In this document: positions 61,961 to 64,000 of the stretch, in pieces | Position numbering within the stretch: the first letter of the stretch is position 1 | Layout: each line of letters opens with the position of its first letter | Assembly (NCBI GenBank): GCA_030390025.1 | Contig: CM059452.1 | Coordinates: forward strand, 17,670,001-17,734,000 | Length of the DNA stretch: 64,000 nucleotides | Source of the DNA: Squalus acanthias | Taxonomy: Eukaryota | Direction: 5' to 3' | Notes under the pieces: generated by a model | The model's database searches: none | Told to the model about the DNA's origin: nothing | Seen by the model: only the letters and a program-made list of their open reading frames with translations | Program-made: the position numbers and the translations under genes

Positions 61961-62470
61961 GACACATTAATTTTAAGACAACTAAGTAACATTTAAAGTA
62001 AAAGTTTAAAGTAAAACGAACATGTTTACTTGATGATATGTAAGTCTCTGGGAAGAAAGCTGAAAGATATGGGAGGTCGGATAGTATTGTCAGGGTCTGA
62101 GCTTAAAGTATCGACAGCGGAGAGAGGAAATTCAGGAGGAAAGAATCGCACATTGGTGGAGGAGCCGGGCCGATTTTCTTCCTACTTAGATTGGTGGTGA
62201 TTCTCCCTGCCCGATGTTCCTCTCAGTTACCCAGCCGATGCTTCCCAGGCAGGTGCTAAGGATGAGCAATGGTCCCTAGAAATATGGTGGAGAACTGAGC
62301 CATTTTTAAGAAGGAAACTGAATACTGAGCAAGATTGCCATCTCAGTGAGGCGTGGTTCGAAGACGATCACGTTTATGCTGCACAGTGAGCCGATCAGGC
62401 CACGCCTTGGACACAGATTTCAGTTCGAGTCATCGTGGCGCTACAGAAAGGTCCAAACACTGGGGGCGGT

Positions 62471-62884
62471 GCAAAGTAGGGTCACCGAGGTTATCTCCAC
62501 TGTCGGAGGGCCGGGTTATGAGCAAAGTTGGGTGACCGAGGTTATCTCCACTGTCAGAGGGCAGGGTTATGAGCAAAGTAGGGTCACCGAGGTTATTTCC
62601 ACTGTCAGAGGGCCAGGCTATGAGCAAAGTAGTGTCACCGAGGTTATCTCCACTGTCAGAGGGCCGGGTTATGAGCAAAGTTGGGTCACCGAGGTTATTT
62701 CCACTGTCAGAGGGCCAGGCTATGAGCAAAGTAGTGTCACCGAGGTTATCTCCACTGTCAGAGGGCCGGGTTATGAGCAAAATAGGGTCACCGAGGTTAT
62801 CTCCACTGTCAGAGAGCCGTGTTATGCGCAAAGTTGGGTCACCGAGGTTATCTCCACTGTCAGAGAGCCGTGTTATGAGCAAAG
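62471..62884. repeat. 51-bp minisatellite, 8 copies, inside an old plus-strand CR1 fragment (~62370-63110)
   Basis: Unit GCAAAGT(A/T)GGGTCACCGAGGTTATCTCCACTGTCAGAGGGCCGGGTTATGA; 62879-62471 = 8 x 51. Confidence 0.95.
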
Positions 62885-64000
62885 ATCAGGAAATGCTGGA
62901 TTGTTTGTTCTTTAAAGAGGCGAATGTATAAGTGGCATAAGAAAGCCGAGCTGTACTTCAAGTTAAACTATGACTGCTGGCCAATGAGACACAGGTACAA
63001 TCTGGTAAGAGGCAAGTTCAGGACTGACGTAAGATAAGACTTCTGTACACAAAGAATGACCAATCACTGGGAAGCTCTTCCGGGAGGGAAGTGTGAGCAA
63101 GATCTTTAAATCTTACAATAGGCAGTTGGGATTTCTAAGGAAGGATGAGGTAGAAGAATCGAATTCCTCTCTCACTTTTGCTTATGTCTGTACTGTATAC
63201 CACTAACTTCAGCCTTGTCACAAACCCAGTGACAGTAGCACTGACACACTCCGCAGGTTCATGCTCAGTATTGTTAATCCCCTCAGTTTCATGTTCATAT
63301 TGGAACTAACACTAAATTTACCCGCATTGGACACAATAATTAGTGCCACCCCTTGCAGCGTTCACCCCGAACACTGATGTCAACAACCTCATCAGTCCAA
63401 AGCAATACTGCTACAGAATGTTCCCATCTTCTCCAGAACGCACTAACTCTGTCTGGACTGAGGTTCCATGGGCGCTCCCAGGTCTAGGATACCTAATCCA
63501 ACTAGTCATTTCTCGAGTATGAACCAAGCAGAAAACCTAGTGCAAGGGCACCCGGTCCTATGGCTAAAGATAAACACCTTTATTTCAGGAATAACGATTC
63601 AGTGGCCAAGTTGCACTGAACACTTGTGATTTTTGAATGTTGCTCTGTGAATAAACATCAAGGAATACAGTTCCAAGTGAACCACCACCTCGTCTCTTAA
63701 CACAAATGTTGGGACTTTAACAATATATAAACATGTTTCTTATTCAACAGTGACGACAGAAGGAGCTTCAGTGGCTGGGAAACACTTTGGGACGTCATGA
63801 GGTTTTGGAATGCGCTGTACAAATTCTTTTACATTTAATGAAGTTTATTGCTCTATTCGCTCGTGTGCTAATATAGATTATATTTTTATAATATAATAAA
63901 ATAAAACAAAGCAATTGATAAACAGTGTCGATGTCGTTTCAATCCCAATGGTGTTTAACAAGTAAATGCTGACTTGAGTCCATCCAATCAATGTTGACGG

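Noticed and set aside
62346-62931. 120-189 aa repetitive ORFs
   Set aside because: By-product of a 51-nt stop-free repeat unit; open in several frames and on both strands.

Overview
Eukaryotic genomic DNA from a cartilaginous fish; the V domain and SINE/LINE content suggest a dogfish-like shark (inference). The window holds one complete, apparently intact IgNAR (heavy-chain-only antibody) cluster on the minus strand, about 45.1 kb to 22.1 kb. Its order is: octamer/TATA promoter, leader, V with 23-RSS, one free D (12-RSS/22-RSS), a 57-nt D+J-like segment behind a 12-type RSS, C1-C5, secretory tail, TM1 and TM2. All exons are open and splice-phase compatible. The rest is mostly repeats: near-intact and nested CR1-type LINEs, L2 fragments, V-SINE and Deu-type SINEs, MITEs, a perfect 449-bp Penelope-type hairpin with hammerhead-like cores, a probable LTR/env remnant, two LINE-derived minisatellites and a GA/CT microsatellite with N gaps. 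Main observations: (1) the cluster looks germline D-J-joined (V-D-DJ instead of V-D-D-D-J); (2) two different CR1 families share a CRE, splice donors and an acceptor in their 5'UTR, resembling a conserved intron in a retrotransposon; (3) the ribozyme-bearing palindrome. Coordinates were counted by hand, repeat boundaries are approximate, and no database searches were run.
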